Below are positions 28,080-39,529 of a DNA stretch of 64,000 bases, piece by piece. The notes under the pieces are model-generated. The model searched no databases. It saw only the letters and a list, made by a program, of their open reading frames with translations, and was not told the origin of the DNA. A program made the position numbers and the translations under genes. Every line of letters starts with the position of its first letter. Position 1 is the stretch's first letter. The stretch is from the NCBI RefSeq assembly GCF_009914755.1, contig NC_060927.1; one strand, written 5' to 3'. The stretch comes from the human T2T-CHM13v2.0 reference genome, Homo sapiens.

Positions 28080-28365
28080 TTTTTTTTTTTTTTTTGAGAT
28101 GGAGTCTCACTCTGTCACCCAGGCTGGAGTGCAGTGGCATGATCTTGGCTCTGCAACCTCCGCCTCCAGGTTTCAAGCGATTCTCCTGCCTCAGCCTCCT
28201 GAGTAGCTGGGATTACATACACGCCACCACGCCCAGCTAATTTTTGTATTTTTGGTAGAGACAGGGGTTCCACCATGTTGGCCAGGCTAGTCTCGAACTC
28301 CTGACCTCAGGTGATCTGCCCGCCTCAGCCTCCCAAAGTGCTGGCGTAAGCCACCGAGCCCGGCC
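28080..28365 (-). mobile_element. AluSx-like
   Basis: Full dimer with a small deletion near its 5' end. ataaataa flanks the two-Alu block on both sides. Confidence 0.95.
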
Positions 28366-28899
28366 ATAAATAAATTTTTTTAAATTGGAAATTGGTTCTG
28401 TGAGAGAGGGCAAGAGGGGCTGTTATCTAGTTTAGCATATGAGGTCACAGTTGCTTTGAGAAAGGGTCATTTGCATTGAGTCTTCAAGAGAGTTTTGGAG
28501 TCAAGGAGTTGAATACTGAGGGGTGGAAGGAGCGGAGTACGTGAAAGAGAAGAACCAAGAGGTGAGGATGGTAAAACTAAAGGGAAGCCATGAGGATGAC
28601 CAAGGTGGGCTTGGAGAGGAGGCAGAGCCTCTAGTTCATGTTAAAGCACTTTCCATCTTTTCAGAGAAGAGATGTTGCCACCATTGAGAACCTGAGGGGG
28701 CAGCACAGGTTGTAAAGTGGGAAGGCTCACTAAAGAGATAACTCATGATTTTTTAGTAAAGGGATAAGGGGAAAATATATTGAGTTAATAACCTGATGGC
28801 CTGGTTAACTTCCTGACAGAAGGAAAAATCTCTGTTCTACTAGACTTTGTGTGGTCCACAGGGTGAAAGGGGTAGAATGCTGTGAGGTAAAAGCTACAT

Positions 28900-29100
28900 T
28901 TATTTCATGCTTGTTTAAAGCCAGGCACTATGCCTTAAATGTTTAATATCTAAATAATATACTAATATTATTCCTTCAGAGAGGAAGAAATTGAGGCATA
29001 GAAAAATTTAGTGAATCTCCCGCCTGAGATTATACCATAGTTTGTAGTAGAGATGGGGTTTATACCTGTCCATTCTGATTCCAGAACTCATGCTATCTTT
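28900..29100 (-). mobile_element. MIR SINE
   Basis: gccaggcactatgc...agaggaagaaattgaggcatag...ctgattccaga. Confidence 0.6.
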
Positions 29101-29282
29101 ACAAATATCTTTCTATTTTTTTGTGGGGGGTGGGGGTTGGGGAAAGGAAAAAAAAAAAACAAGAAACAAGGGGAATGAAAAGATAGGGGAAAATGTGATT
29201 TGGTTCTTGCCAAAATCAACAAAAACCTTTTCGCTTTTTGGAAGGAAGACAAAATCCAAGATGCAAGTATCTAACAGATATG

Positions 29283-29492
29283 TTTTCCCCTCCCCTCCCC
29301 TTCCCTCCCCTCCCCTCCCCTCTCCTCTCTCCCTTCCCTTCCCCTCCCCTCCCCTCTCTCCTTTCCCTCCTCCTCCCCTCCCCTCTCTCCCTTCCCTTCC
29401 CCTCCCCTTCCCTGTCTCCCTTCCCCTCCCCTCCCCTGTCTCCCTTCCCCTCCCCTCCCCTCTCTCCCTTCCCCTCCTTTCCCCTCTTCCTT
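29283..29492 (+). repeat. (CCCCT)n-type polypyrimidine low-complexity tract
   Basis: About 210 bp of almost pure C/T built from CCCCT/CCCTT units. Confidence 0.95.
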
Positions 29493-29748
29493 GTTCCTAT
29501 GAGTCTCTGAATCCTTTTCTGTACACAGATGAAGGCTAGCCCACAAGCCGATAAGTGTTCATTGCTCCTGCATAAATAAAATATATGAACATTGTCCTGA
29601 AGAAGGAAAAGCTTGCACAGTTCTTGGTTAATAGAGTCCATAGACTCTGAGTAGGACCCAGGCCTGTTGGTGACTTTCCACATTTGTACAAGCTTTTCCC
29701 TCTTTCCTTTCCCCTCAGTTTCCTGGCAAACTTCTTCTTTAGACCACC

Positions 29749-29968
29749 TAGGGTTGGCAAACTTTTTGAGTAATGTGCCAGAAAGGAAACATTTTCATCT
29801 TCGTGGGACAGTCTCTGTTGCAACTACTCACCTCTACTGTTGTAATGCAAAAGCAGCCATAGACAGTACATAAACAAATGAATGTGCTGTGTTCCAATAA
29901 AACTTTATTTAACAAGAATAAGCAGCAGGTCAGATGGGACTATGGGCTATAGTTTGCTGACATTTCTT
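29749..29968 (+). mobile_element. MER58A DNA transposon
   Basis: tagggttggcaaact...gtctctgttgcaactactca...ccaataaaactttattt...tagtttgctgac. Confidence 0.88.
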
Positions 29969-30508
29969 CTAGACCAAGCATAAATGTTACATCTTAAATC
30001 TATGTTGGTAGCATTTATTTGTCGTTCCTCCATGTTTTTTTTTTTTTTTTGGCTCAAATCTCTGTAATATATTATCTTTGAAAATCTTTTTGCAAAGCTG
30101 TCTTTTCACCCTGTTGTGATCTTTTCTGAGGCAAATACTAACTTTTATTTACCTGTTGTTTACTATGGGACTTGGCAAGTATCTCATTAAAATGTGTTGG
30201 TGTTTTGAGTGAGACAGTGTAAAGCTGTACTTTCCAAAAATAGCCAGATCAATATTTCCAATCTACAAGCACTTCTGGAACCCTGATGCTCCCCAGTGAG
30301 AGACAGTCTCTTCCCTGTCTCTTCGAACCCAGTTTGGACTTAGTGACTGCTTCAATGAATACAATGTGATAGAAGTCATGCTGCATGATATTGGAGACTA
30401 GGTCATATAACTTCCATTTGATGCTCTCTTTCTTTCTCTCTCTTTTAGGACTCACATCCTTGGATCCCAGACTCTTTGATGACAGGAAGGCCAAACTATC
30501 TCAAATGT

Positions 30509-30703
30509 AAAATATGAAGTAGTTTACTAATTTTCTTCAGTTTCTCTTAGCATAGAGGACTGGGGAGTTAAGAAGGGTTCTTAGAAAGCTTCTGTTGAAA
30601 CTGCCTTTCCTATCTAAGTTTATCTTTTATTCCCATGAGATGAAAGTGAAGAGTAGGGATGTATGTGTGAGAGAAAGAGCAATAAAGAAAGCAGTGTACC
30701 ACA

Positions 30704-30747
<44 letters not shown>

Positions 30748-30811
30748 TATATGTAACTAAGAAGCTTACATGTGAGTTGTCCATTAGGGTTTTCATGAAG
30801 AACTTACAGTG
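30509..30811 (+). repeat. Dispersed direct duplication, derived copy (of 32225-32505), containing (AC)19
   Basis: Direct alignment: 5 mismatches over 30531-30660, and 2 over the last 65 nt. Confidence 0.97.
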
Positions 30812-30934
30812 AGCCTACACGGAGTTGTCCATACACAGAAGAACTGAGACCCCCCAGCCCCTGTCACTAGTGACAGCTCTCATTAACCTCCTGACATGCA
30901 GGCAAATGAGCATTCAGGGCTCCAGGGAGCGACA

Positions 30935-31121
30935 TCCAGCCAGCGGCTTGTTTTCATAAATAAAGTTTTATTGGCACATATTATGTTCATTCATTTACAT
31001 ATGATCAATGGCTTCTACTACCCTGCAATAGCAGAAATGGGTAGTCATGGCAGAGCCTATGCCCTGCAAAGCCAAGAATACTTACTCTCTGGCTCTTTAC
31101 AGAAAAATGTCTTGCCTCCTG
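30935..31121 (-). mobile_element. MER58A fragment
   Basis: aaataaagttttattgg...gcaaagccaagaatacttactctctggctctttacagaaaaa. Confidence 0.8.
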
Positions 31122-32224
31122 TCTCTCAGCCTTCACGTCTTCCATTAAGGTGTGGTAATCTGGAGCAGAGACAACCATGCCTGCTGTGTCTTGAGTTCCT
31201 GATTTGCAGAAATCATGAACATAATAAGTAGTTACCCTATAACATGACATTTGACAATAGTTTGTTATGCAATCAGAGTACCTGGAACACAGTTGAATAC
31301 AGAGCTTGGGAAAACTCAAACTTATGTTTGTTAAAATACCAGAAGATCTAAACCTCCTTTCTTCTTTACCTGTTCCTCCATCCCCCAACACACACCCCTA
31401 TTCAGACTTTTTGTAGTCTTCAAATTCCAGCTAAGACTAAGGAACATGACTACCTATCTCCACTTTATTGTTTGCAGTATTAAGTTACATTTTCCTTCTA
31501 GAGGGAAAATATTAGTTATAAGTGTCCTGATTAACCTTAAGAAATAAGAATATTTTGTCTATATAGGAGAACTATAGTTTCAACTATTGTTTCCAGATCT
31601 CTCAAACCATGAAGTCTCATTAAAAATGAAAAAAAAAGATAGTCTTTTTTTTTTTTTCTTAATCACTGCGAGCATCTCAAATGGATAAGCAACAACCTCC
31701 AATCTCACAGCACTGGTAATTGTGGCTCAGAGTTCATGCAGATGGAGACATCAGTAAAATACCCGGAATCAGGTTCTGTATTTTCTCCGTTTGCCGTTCA
31801 TCAAAATGAAACGTTTTCATGAAGAGGATTAAAGGCCACAAATAAAATATATTGTAATGCTCCCTTTGAAATATTTAAGGCATTTATTAAAAAAAGGGCA
31901 GTTTAAGATGAAAGGTCAGTCAGTGATAATCAATTTCTTTAACATTGATATGATTCTTATTAAACATTTATCATTTGGGTGTCACTTCAGAGGGCTCTGG
32001 AAATCATTTTTCATTGTCTACATATCATTTTGCAGTTGTCAACTGCCCAGCAGCAACAAACATTACACCTCAATTCTTCTTCACAGTATAGTATTTATGG
32101 ACTTATTTTTCTGAACTTCTGGGTTCTGAGAAATTACATAGTGGATAGGCATTTATAGCATGCAATTGTTCACACAGTTTTCTGTAAGTTGGAGAGGGAG
32201 TTTTTCTTTGATTACACTTTTAAC

Positions 32225-32505
32225 AAAATATGGAGAAGTTGGATGCAGTTTTCTTATTTTCTTCAGTTTCTCTCAGCATAGAGGACTGGGGAGTTAAGAA
32301 GTGTTCTTAGGTAGCTTCTGTTGAACCTGCCTTTCCTATCTAAGTTTATCTTTTATTCCCATGAGATGAAAGTGAAGAGTAGGGATGTGTGTGAGAGAGA
32401 AAGAGAAATTAAGAAAGCAACATACAACACACACATACATTTATATGTAACTAAGAAGCTTACATGTGAGTTGTCCATTAGGGTTTTCATGAAGACCTTG
32501 CAGTG
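32225..32505 (+). repeat. Dispersed direct duplication, probable source copy
   Basis: Same sequence as 30509-30811, embedded in non-repetitive DNA. Confidence 0.97.
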
Positions 32506-32589
32506 CCAATATTCTCCTGCTTCTTTCTTTACCCCGATGTTGGGTTATTGATTTGACTTTTAGGGTAATATCAATTAACTCCTGGGGGC

Positions 32590-32855
32590 AAGGTAGCATT
32601 GTGGAGAAGAGCAAGAGCTTTGGTTTCATGTATCACAAACTTTGAATCTTAGCTCTGCTATTTTTTAGCTCCTACCTTTTGGTGAGTTACTTAAATTTTC
32701 TAAACCACAGTTTTTATAAACCCTCAATTTCTGTTAAATGGAGATAGTAATGCTTACCTCATAGGGTGGTCATTGTGTGGATTAGATGAGATACAATTAT
32801 TTTGCATGATGCCTGTGCTTGGCATATAGCAAGCCATGATAAATATTAATAGTTC
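32590..32855 (+). mobile_element. MIR SINE
   Basis: ttgaatcttagctctgcta...tgagttacttaa...ttacctcatagggtgg...gattagatgagat. Confidence 0.75.
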
Positions 32856-33522
32856 ACATAGTTCTTATTACTACATTTGCTGTCTCTACCAAGGGCTTAG
32901 CTATATGGGTAGAAAGTGTTTACTGTTTCAAAGAAACCACTGGAGATGTTCACGTATGGGAGAACTGTTCAAAAATGTTTCTCCTATTTTGTGTTACATT
33001 GTCTACATTTTGACACCATTTTAGTGTCAATTCCTTAAAACACACTTTCTGGGATAAACATTAATCAAAGTATGAATGTTACCTGGGAAATGTCACATGT
33101 TAAAATTCAGATCCATGGATTTGAAGATCAGATTCACTAACTGTTGTATGGGGCACATCAAATTATCAGAATTGTGTGACCCTGAATGGGATGAATTTTT
33201 CCAGGGCAGGAGATGGAGAGAGGAGTACAAAGCAGAAAGGACAAGCCTGGATATTGTGGCACCTGTGTACCTGTATGATAGAGTATTGAAAACTTGGAGG
33301 AAAGAGATACCAAGAAAATTTCAACAGTTTACAAATGTCTTGTGAAGCAGGGTGTCGTCAAAAATAGTGTTTCACCTAGCTCCTGTTTAACACGTTTGTG
33401 TACCCCTTTCCTAGATGATTTTGGTTCTAACAACCAACCCTCATGGCCTATTCTTGGAGAACTTCCATCAGGGTACTTGAGCCAACTTGTACTCACAAAT
33501 GCCCAAGAAGTGCCTGGATGAC

Positions 33523-34470
33523 TGTGATGGTTAATTTTCTGTGTGCCGAAGGCAAAGGGAATACAGATTTTGTAGTGGAAGAAAGTAAGTATAAATACCA
33601 GCTACAACCATGTGACCAGTTAAGAAATGACCGTAATTATCATCAGTATTTCCTCCTTATTTTGTCATTAATGTTGGTGTATATATATATGATATACATG
33701 TGTGTATCTATGCATATATGAGAAAACTTTTCTTACCCCTCTATTCTCCTCTTATATAACATAAGCTGTATTGTATTTATATCATAATATTTAGGTATTA
33801 TTAATTTTACATCATAATATTAAAGTTTGGGGATATAAAGAGAAGAGTAAACATCTTAATGACTTTGGAGAAGAGTTCAATGTATTTTCAGTTGTACACA
33901 GGATAGTTGTATCACGGTAGGCATAATTGGCATAATTAGGATCTTGTTATTGTCTTTATTTGGAGATTATGTATGGTTTAGGGATATGCCTATAGGTGCC
34001 AAGTTGAGAAGGGGTGGGCTTGAGATGGTTAAGTTTATGTGTCAACCTGATTAGGCCACAGTGTTCTCAGATATTTGGCTAAACATTATTCTGGGAGTGT
34101 CTGTGAGGCTGTTTCTGGATGAGATTAATATTTGAATTGGTGGACGGAGTAAAGCAGATTGCCCTCCCTAGGATGGGTGGACGTCATCCTATCCTTTGAG
34201 GCTTCAATAGAGCAAGAAGGCTGGGCAAGGGAGAATTCTCTCTCTCTAATTCAGATAGGATACTTGTTTTTTCCTGTTTCAACTTGGACTCATACTGAAA
34301 CTTCACCGTTGGCTCTACTGGGTCTCCAGCTCACTGACTGCAGATTTTGGGACTTTTTGATCTTTATAACCACATGAGCCAATTCCTTATAATAAATATT
34401 ATTTCTGTATATAATATATAATATGATAATTTAATCTATTACCTATCTTCATATCTGTATTTGTCTATCA

Positions 34471-34516
<46 letters not shown>

Positions 34517-34547
34517 TCTGTTTCTCTGGAGAACCCAGACTAATACA
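33523..34547 (+). mobile_element. Internally deleted ERVL provirus: 22 nt of 5' MLT2 LTR, 3' internal region, PPT and complete 3' MLT2B LTR (34021-34547)
   Basis: tgtgatggttaattttctgtgt is joined to gaaggcaaagggaatacag...aaataccagctacaaccatgtgaccag. PPT aagttgagaaggggtgg. TSD atgac / atgat. Confidence 0.88.
34471..34516 (+). repeat. (ATCT)11 microsatellite inside the MLT2 LTR
   Basis: Directly visible tandem repeat. Confidence 0.95.
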
Positions 34548-36613
34548 ATGATCCTTAGCCAAAGACTCACACTTGCTGCCTACTTGGGACAGCTCTGAGC
34601 CATAGCTTATATTCCAGAGTTTCCCTGTGAAATCAGGCGAAACATAGCCTCTGAACAATTTTGCATGAGGTCTCATTTTTGCTTAACTTTTTCCTCTTCC
34701 CTGGGTGAAAAGGAAAAAGTCTGTCTCTCCTGGGAGAGCCCTTCCTCAATAAATCACTTGTACACAAATCCTTGTCTCAGGGTCTGCTTCTGAGGAAACT
34801 GACCAGAGGCAGGATGAAAGTAAATACAGTTTTCTGTTACTTCAACAGAGCTGGCAAAATATATTTAGAGAGAGAGAGAGAAAATAGACCAGTTGTTTTG
34901 GTGGAGACTTTGAAGGACTAACTCGTCATTAAAGGAGATCTTGAAAAAAACAGTGGTTCACCTGTCCTACATAACAAATTTATGGGTGCTTGCACGATAG
35001 AACATATAGCAAGGGATAAGGAGGACAGAAGAGATGAGACCAAGAAACACGGATGGTCAAACAAAATTTCCCATGGAATTTTATCCTATATTCCCCCTAG
35101 CAGGTATGTCTTTCATTCCATTCTAAGTTATTTGCTGCAATATCAACCACCTCTTCTTTAGCTTGATGCTGTGAACCTTTGTCTGCTACACACATAGCCC
35201 CGTGCTGGGAGAATTGGGGGAAGTAAAACTGGGAGGTAGGGTCTAATTGTAAAGAGTCCTGGAGCAAAAATGCTGCATTTAAGAAATCTGTAAACTGGAA
35301 TAATTCATTAGAATCAGGAATTTGCAGCCAGTGATGATTATGAGAAATATATGTACCATCTCCCAAATTTCCAAAGCATTTTAGGGAGTAGATGGATGTC
35401 CCATTATTTAATAGATAGATAGAACCCTGAGCGATTTTATTTCAATTGGGAAGGACTGAGTGAACCCAGCTGACATCTGGCTCTGCTTGCTTCTCTATTA
35501 CATTGAATGGTCTATAGTTAGCTTTGCAGGAAGCAAATATTTCTAGTTCTTTAACTCCAAAGTGTTTTTTTCCATTTATGTTTTTCATTGGCATAACCTG
35601 AGAAAAAGGGCTAAAAACAGGGCAGAACAGAAAATTCATTTATTGACAGCCTATGGGGGGCAGAAGAGGAGGGTGCCTGAAAATATCTCCTTTCACATGC
35701 AGGAGAAAAAAAGAATGGATTTAATTACCATGATTAGAACCAATTAAGTACCTAATTCTGCTCCTGAGAGCTAAAGGCCATTTGAGGGATTGCTAACTTG
35801 AAACACTTATAAACCAGGGTAGAAAGGATAACCTCCCCTAGACAATGAATATCCACCATTTTGGAAAAGATACTGAGAGAGAGGTGTCGGAGTCTATCGG
35901 AAAGAATGTCCCCAGCGTCCATGAATACTCCTAAAATTGGGAACACTGTTCATTTTCTCATTCCAGAATCTTCATTTGACCATTGGACAGTTTCTCTTCT
36001 CCAACCTACCTTATATGGTTTTTATGAGAATTAAATTAAAGAATGAGTGGGTAGATGAACCCTACATTATAGTTGCCCAAAGTGGGGGTCAGAGGACAGT
36101 TTCCAATGGTATTGCTGATCCTTACTAGTCCAAAAGCTTGGCTATAGACCTTTCTTTAGCTCTATTTTTTTTCCCTCCCCAAATTCTGTTCTTGTCTGTG
36201 TCATAAATTAGCTTACTCTCCTTCTGAAGGAATATCTATATCTGTGTTCATAGTAATATATTTTAATTGTTGCATAGTCTACAAATTTCTTAAAAAACAG
36301 ACCACAGAAATCTAAGCATAGATTAATAATTACTAAGTGCACATGACTGAAATTTATTGAAGACTAACATCTTTGGTTTATGTGAGAAACATTTGATACA
36401 CTGTGAATACCTCTTATCAGAGAACATGTAGCTCATATATTATCCCCATCTGTACGCCAGTAAAGAACACGGCTAACTAATCATGGCATTCTTTCTCACT
36501 GTGTCTAAATGTAGACAGAGAATCCTCAACACTGGACATCACAAGAAAATGATCAGAGTTGGTGTGTGAGCAGAGCCTGTTTGCAATTTCTCCTCTAAAA
36601 TCTGTCAACTCTT

Positions 36614-36661
36614 ATTTTTCCTTCTTTTAATTATTTTTTCTAGCCACTAGACAACCAGGTA
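36614..36661 (-). pseudogene. Retroposed 22-nt tRNA-Glu 5' fragment with A-rich tail
   Basis: Minus strand 36661-36640 TACCTGGTTGTCTAGTGGCTAG matches the tRNA-Glu 5' end TCCCTGGTGGTCTAGTGGCTAG at 20/22. A-rich tail follows; TSD tgtcaactctt at 36603-36613 / 36662-36672. Confidence 0.75.
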
Positions 36662-36670
36662 TGTCAACTC

Positions 36671-36778
36671 TTTTTTTCTTTCTTTCAACTTTGAAGTTCT
36701 GGGGTATGTGTACAGGATGTACAGGTTTGTTTCCTAGGTAAATGTGTGTGTTGGTGGTTTGCTGCACTAATCAACCCA
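36671..36778 (-). mobile_element. Very short L1PA (PA8-like) 3' end
   Basis: tttcaactttgaagttctggggtatgtgtacaggatgtacaggtttgt...ggtggtttgctgcac. Confidence 0.88.
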
Positions 36779-36992
36779 ACGAGTATGTTTTTGAGTTCTT
36801 GCTCACATGACAGCTAGCTAAGAGTATTTCACAGCAAGGTGAAGACAGGCAATGAGATAACTGTTGCCTTGAGATGGGGTGAAAAGTTGTGAATTATTGT
36901 ATAATGAGACGATGCTCAAAGGGCAGATGGGATTGTAAAGGGAAAAGAGGAAGTTCAGGAAAACAACCTTCCATTACTTCTTTCTTTAGAGC

Positions 36993-37304
36993 TGCACTGT
37001 CCAATATGGTAGCACCAGGCATAGGTGGCTACTGAGAATTTGAAATGTAGATAGCCTCAGTTGAGAAGTGCTATAGGTGTCACATATAACACTAGATTTT
37101 GAAGACAGAAAAAATAAGGTAAAGTGGTTTATTAGTATTTTTTGTATTAATTACATATTGAAATCACGAGTTTGGTTATATTGGGATAAGTAAAATATAG
37201 TATTAAGCTTAATTTCACCCGTTTCTCTTTGCTTTTAAAAAATGTGACTACTAGAAAATTAAAATTACACATGTCTTTCCTTGTGTTTTCATTGGATAGC
37301 TCTG
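36993..37304. mobile_element. MER33 hAT-Charlie element
   Basis: ctgcactgtccaatatggtagc...cattggatagctctg termini. Confidence 0.8.
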
Positions 37305-37829
37305 ATCTAGGGCATGGGTTTTTGCTTCGGTTCCAATACCTGTAAAAGTATCCATGTATAGAGTTTTAGAAGACTGGGAAATCTCTGAAATTATATGCCC
37401 CATGTTATATGCATCTACATATGTGAATTTTTCTGAAAGAGTATCAGTAACTTTTGATCAGAATTTGTGATACAGAACAAGGGTAATCACCATTGGTCTA
37501 GAGTCTTTCATAGAAGGGTATGAGACCTTAAAGTGGAATTTTAGAAGGTAAAATGCAAGACCTTTCCTCACTTCTGAAATCCTCGGAGAAGAAATCTAGG
37601 ATTCATTATCACAGGGTTGAAACTATATCTAGGTAAAGGCAGTGGTTGGGTACCTTATTCACCATCTTATTCCCAGCATCTGACATGCAGTGTTGGCATC
37701 CTCCAAAAATTTTGTCATTTAATGTCTTTGAGATCATCACCTGTGAAAATTTATAGGTCATTATTTTCTGCATAGATACTAAACATATTTTTGGAGAAAA
37801 AATGACAACTTGGAACTCATTTGGAAAAT

Positions 37830-38275
37830 GTGTTTGCATAGGTGGATTCTCTCAAATCTAAGGATTTGAAACAATGATATGAAAGCAAGTAGTTTAATTG
37901 CAAGGCAACCCAGGAAGCACCCGTAGGGAAGTGGAGAAGTAAGGCAAGGACAAAAGGAAAGCAAGTTCAAGGTAGATTAATGAGCAGGTTATTGCTGTTG
38001 GTTCTTTGGGAGACTACATAGATCATGTCTCAGAGTTGTCCCATGTGAAGGGCGAGGAAGCCATCAACTCTTATGTGTCATGGGTTGGAGGCCATTTCTG
38101 GGTCAGAAATTTCCCAGATCTTCTATCTTCCTGGGGTGAGGGCTGAGGGGTCCCTTCTACCAGCCAAGGAAAGCACTCAAGCTTGAGATGTGGCCACATG
38201 CAATCAGAGGCAGTCCATAGGTTTGGAGAGGGTGAGTGTTAAGGGAATGTAGGCAGGATACCAACAACTTAAGCT
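37830..38275 (-). mobile_element. LTR16-like ERVL LTR
   Basis: gcaagtagtttaattg...cccaggaagcacccgtagggaagtggagaagt. Confidence 0.6.
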
Positions 38276-39529
38276 AAGTGTCGCATGGAGTGCTGTGGCT
38301 AGAAGTCACTCTTTAGTTTTGTAGCAGTAAACAGGACAGATGTGTTTATTATAAGATAATGGTCCCAATCCAGTAGACGCAGAAAACTGTGCATATAAGA
38401 ATTTAATGAAGATGGCAGTCTGCTTTCTGTGGATAAAAGAAAATTCTAAATTTATACCACAGGCTTGTTTGCATATAGACCCATCCCAACTAACATTGTT
38501 TTTCAAGTATTGTAATATGAATGTGTACTCATAAGAAAGTGGATCTTTGAGTGTTGTTGAAAAACCATTTGAAAAGCTGTAATTATTGTGAAACAATTTG
38601 GCAAGGGTAAGGTTTGTTGGTAGAGATGAAAAGCAGTTTTGAGGCCAAGAGTTTGCTATTTTCCCACAAACAAGCTTAATGGAAAACACAATTATTTCCT
38701 CTTCTTGGCCAACTTAAAATGTGTAAATGTTCTCTACAAGCAGTAAGTGCAAATTTTGTCCCATTAATATAGATGAAGGCGGTCTGTTTCTAGTATTGAC
38801 AACACCAAACTTTTAAAGTATTTTAAGAAGAACTATAATGCATATCAAACTGGAGGGGAAAAAAAGTCATCCGATAGATCAATAGATTACAATGTTTATT
38901 CTTTCAAATCTATTCTCCATTAGAAATGCTCAAGTATTAGGATAAAAATGGTATATAAGTAAAACAGTTTTCACTTTGTCTATGAGAAATTTGAAGGGAA
39001 GTGTGTCTCAACTTTTTTTTTTTTTACCTTAGAGAAATACATAGCTGTCCTTTATAAAGTTTATTTTATTCATTTTCAGGAACACTCTGGCCCTCATCTC
39101 CTAAAGGCAAAAACATGATATAGATGAGCTTGAGCTCTGCTATAAACAGGGCTATTCAAACTTTTGAATTGGCTGACCTCCAGCACTGCATTTGTGGGAG
39201 GCAATGGGGCAGGACAATAGAAAGAAAATAACCAATAGCATTTTATTCTATTTCTAATTTATTTTCCCATTAGCAAATTATAAAACATAATTACTCAAGT
39301 AATATAACCTATTCATTCAAATTAGAATGTCTGGAAATGTTCTGTTTGCCTTTTTTTAAGTGAGGTTTTACTGGAGAACAGCTAGAAATATCTACATAGT
39401 GTTTTTGAAACTATGTAAACTATCATAACAAGGTTGCCCTCCCTATACAAATTCAAAATCTGTAGACTTTTCTGCAGGGTTTACAGGCTAGTTCCTACCT
39501 GTCTCTAGCATCACCCCATGACTGCCTTG

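Larger units (their letters stand above)
30218..31289 (+). mobile_element. MLT1 (F/G/H-like) LTR interrupted by a local duplication and a MER58
   Basis: gtgactgcttcaatgaatacaatgtgatagaagtcatgctgcatga and 3' end gtttgttatgcaatcagagtacctggaaca. Pieces ~30218-30498, ~30813-30930 and ~31122-31289. Confidence 0.75.
33400..34811 (+). mobile_element. LTR16-like ERVL LTR split by an ERVL/MLT2 insertion
   Basis: 3' part aataaatcacttgtacacaaatccttgtctcagggtctgcttctg; 5' part gcccaagaagtgcctgg. Start approximate. Confidence 0.65.

Noticed and set aside
29090-29683. Four overlapping 90-155 aa ORFs (Pro/Leu/Ser-rich and Gly/Glu/Arg-rich)
   Set aside because: Artefacts of a stop-free CCCCT low-complexity tract.
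39062-39080. Strong-looking plus-strand splice acceptors (also ~3599, ~44730, ~51289)
   Set aside because: Such motifs occur by chance in T-rich DNA; no convincing exon chain or coding frame.
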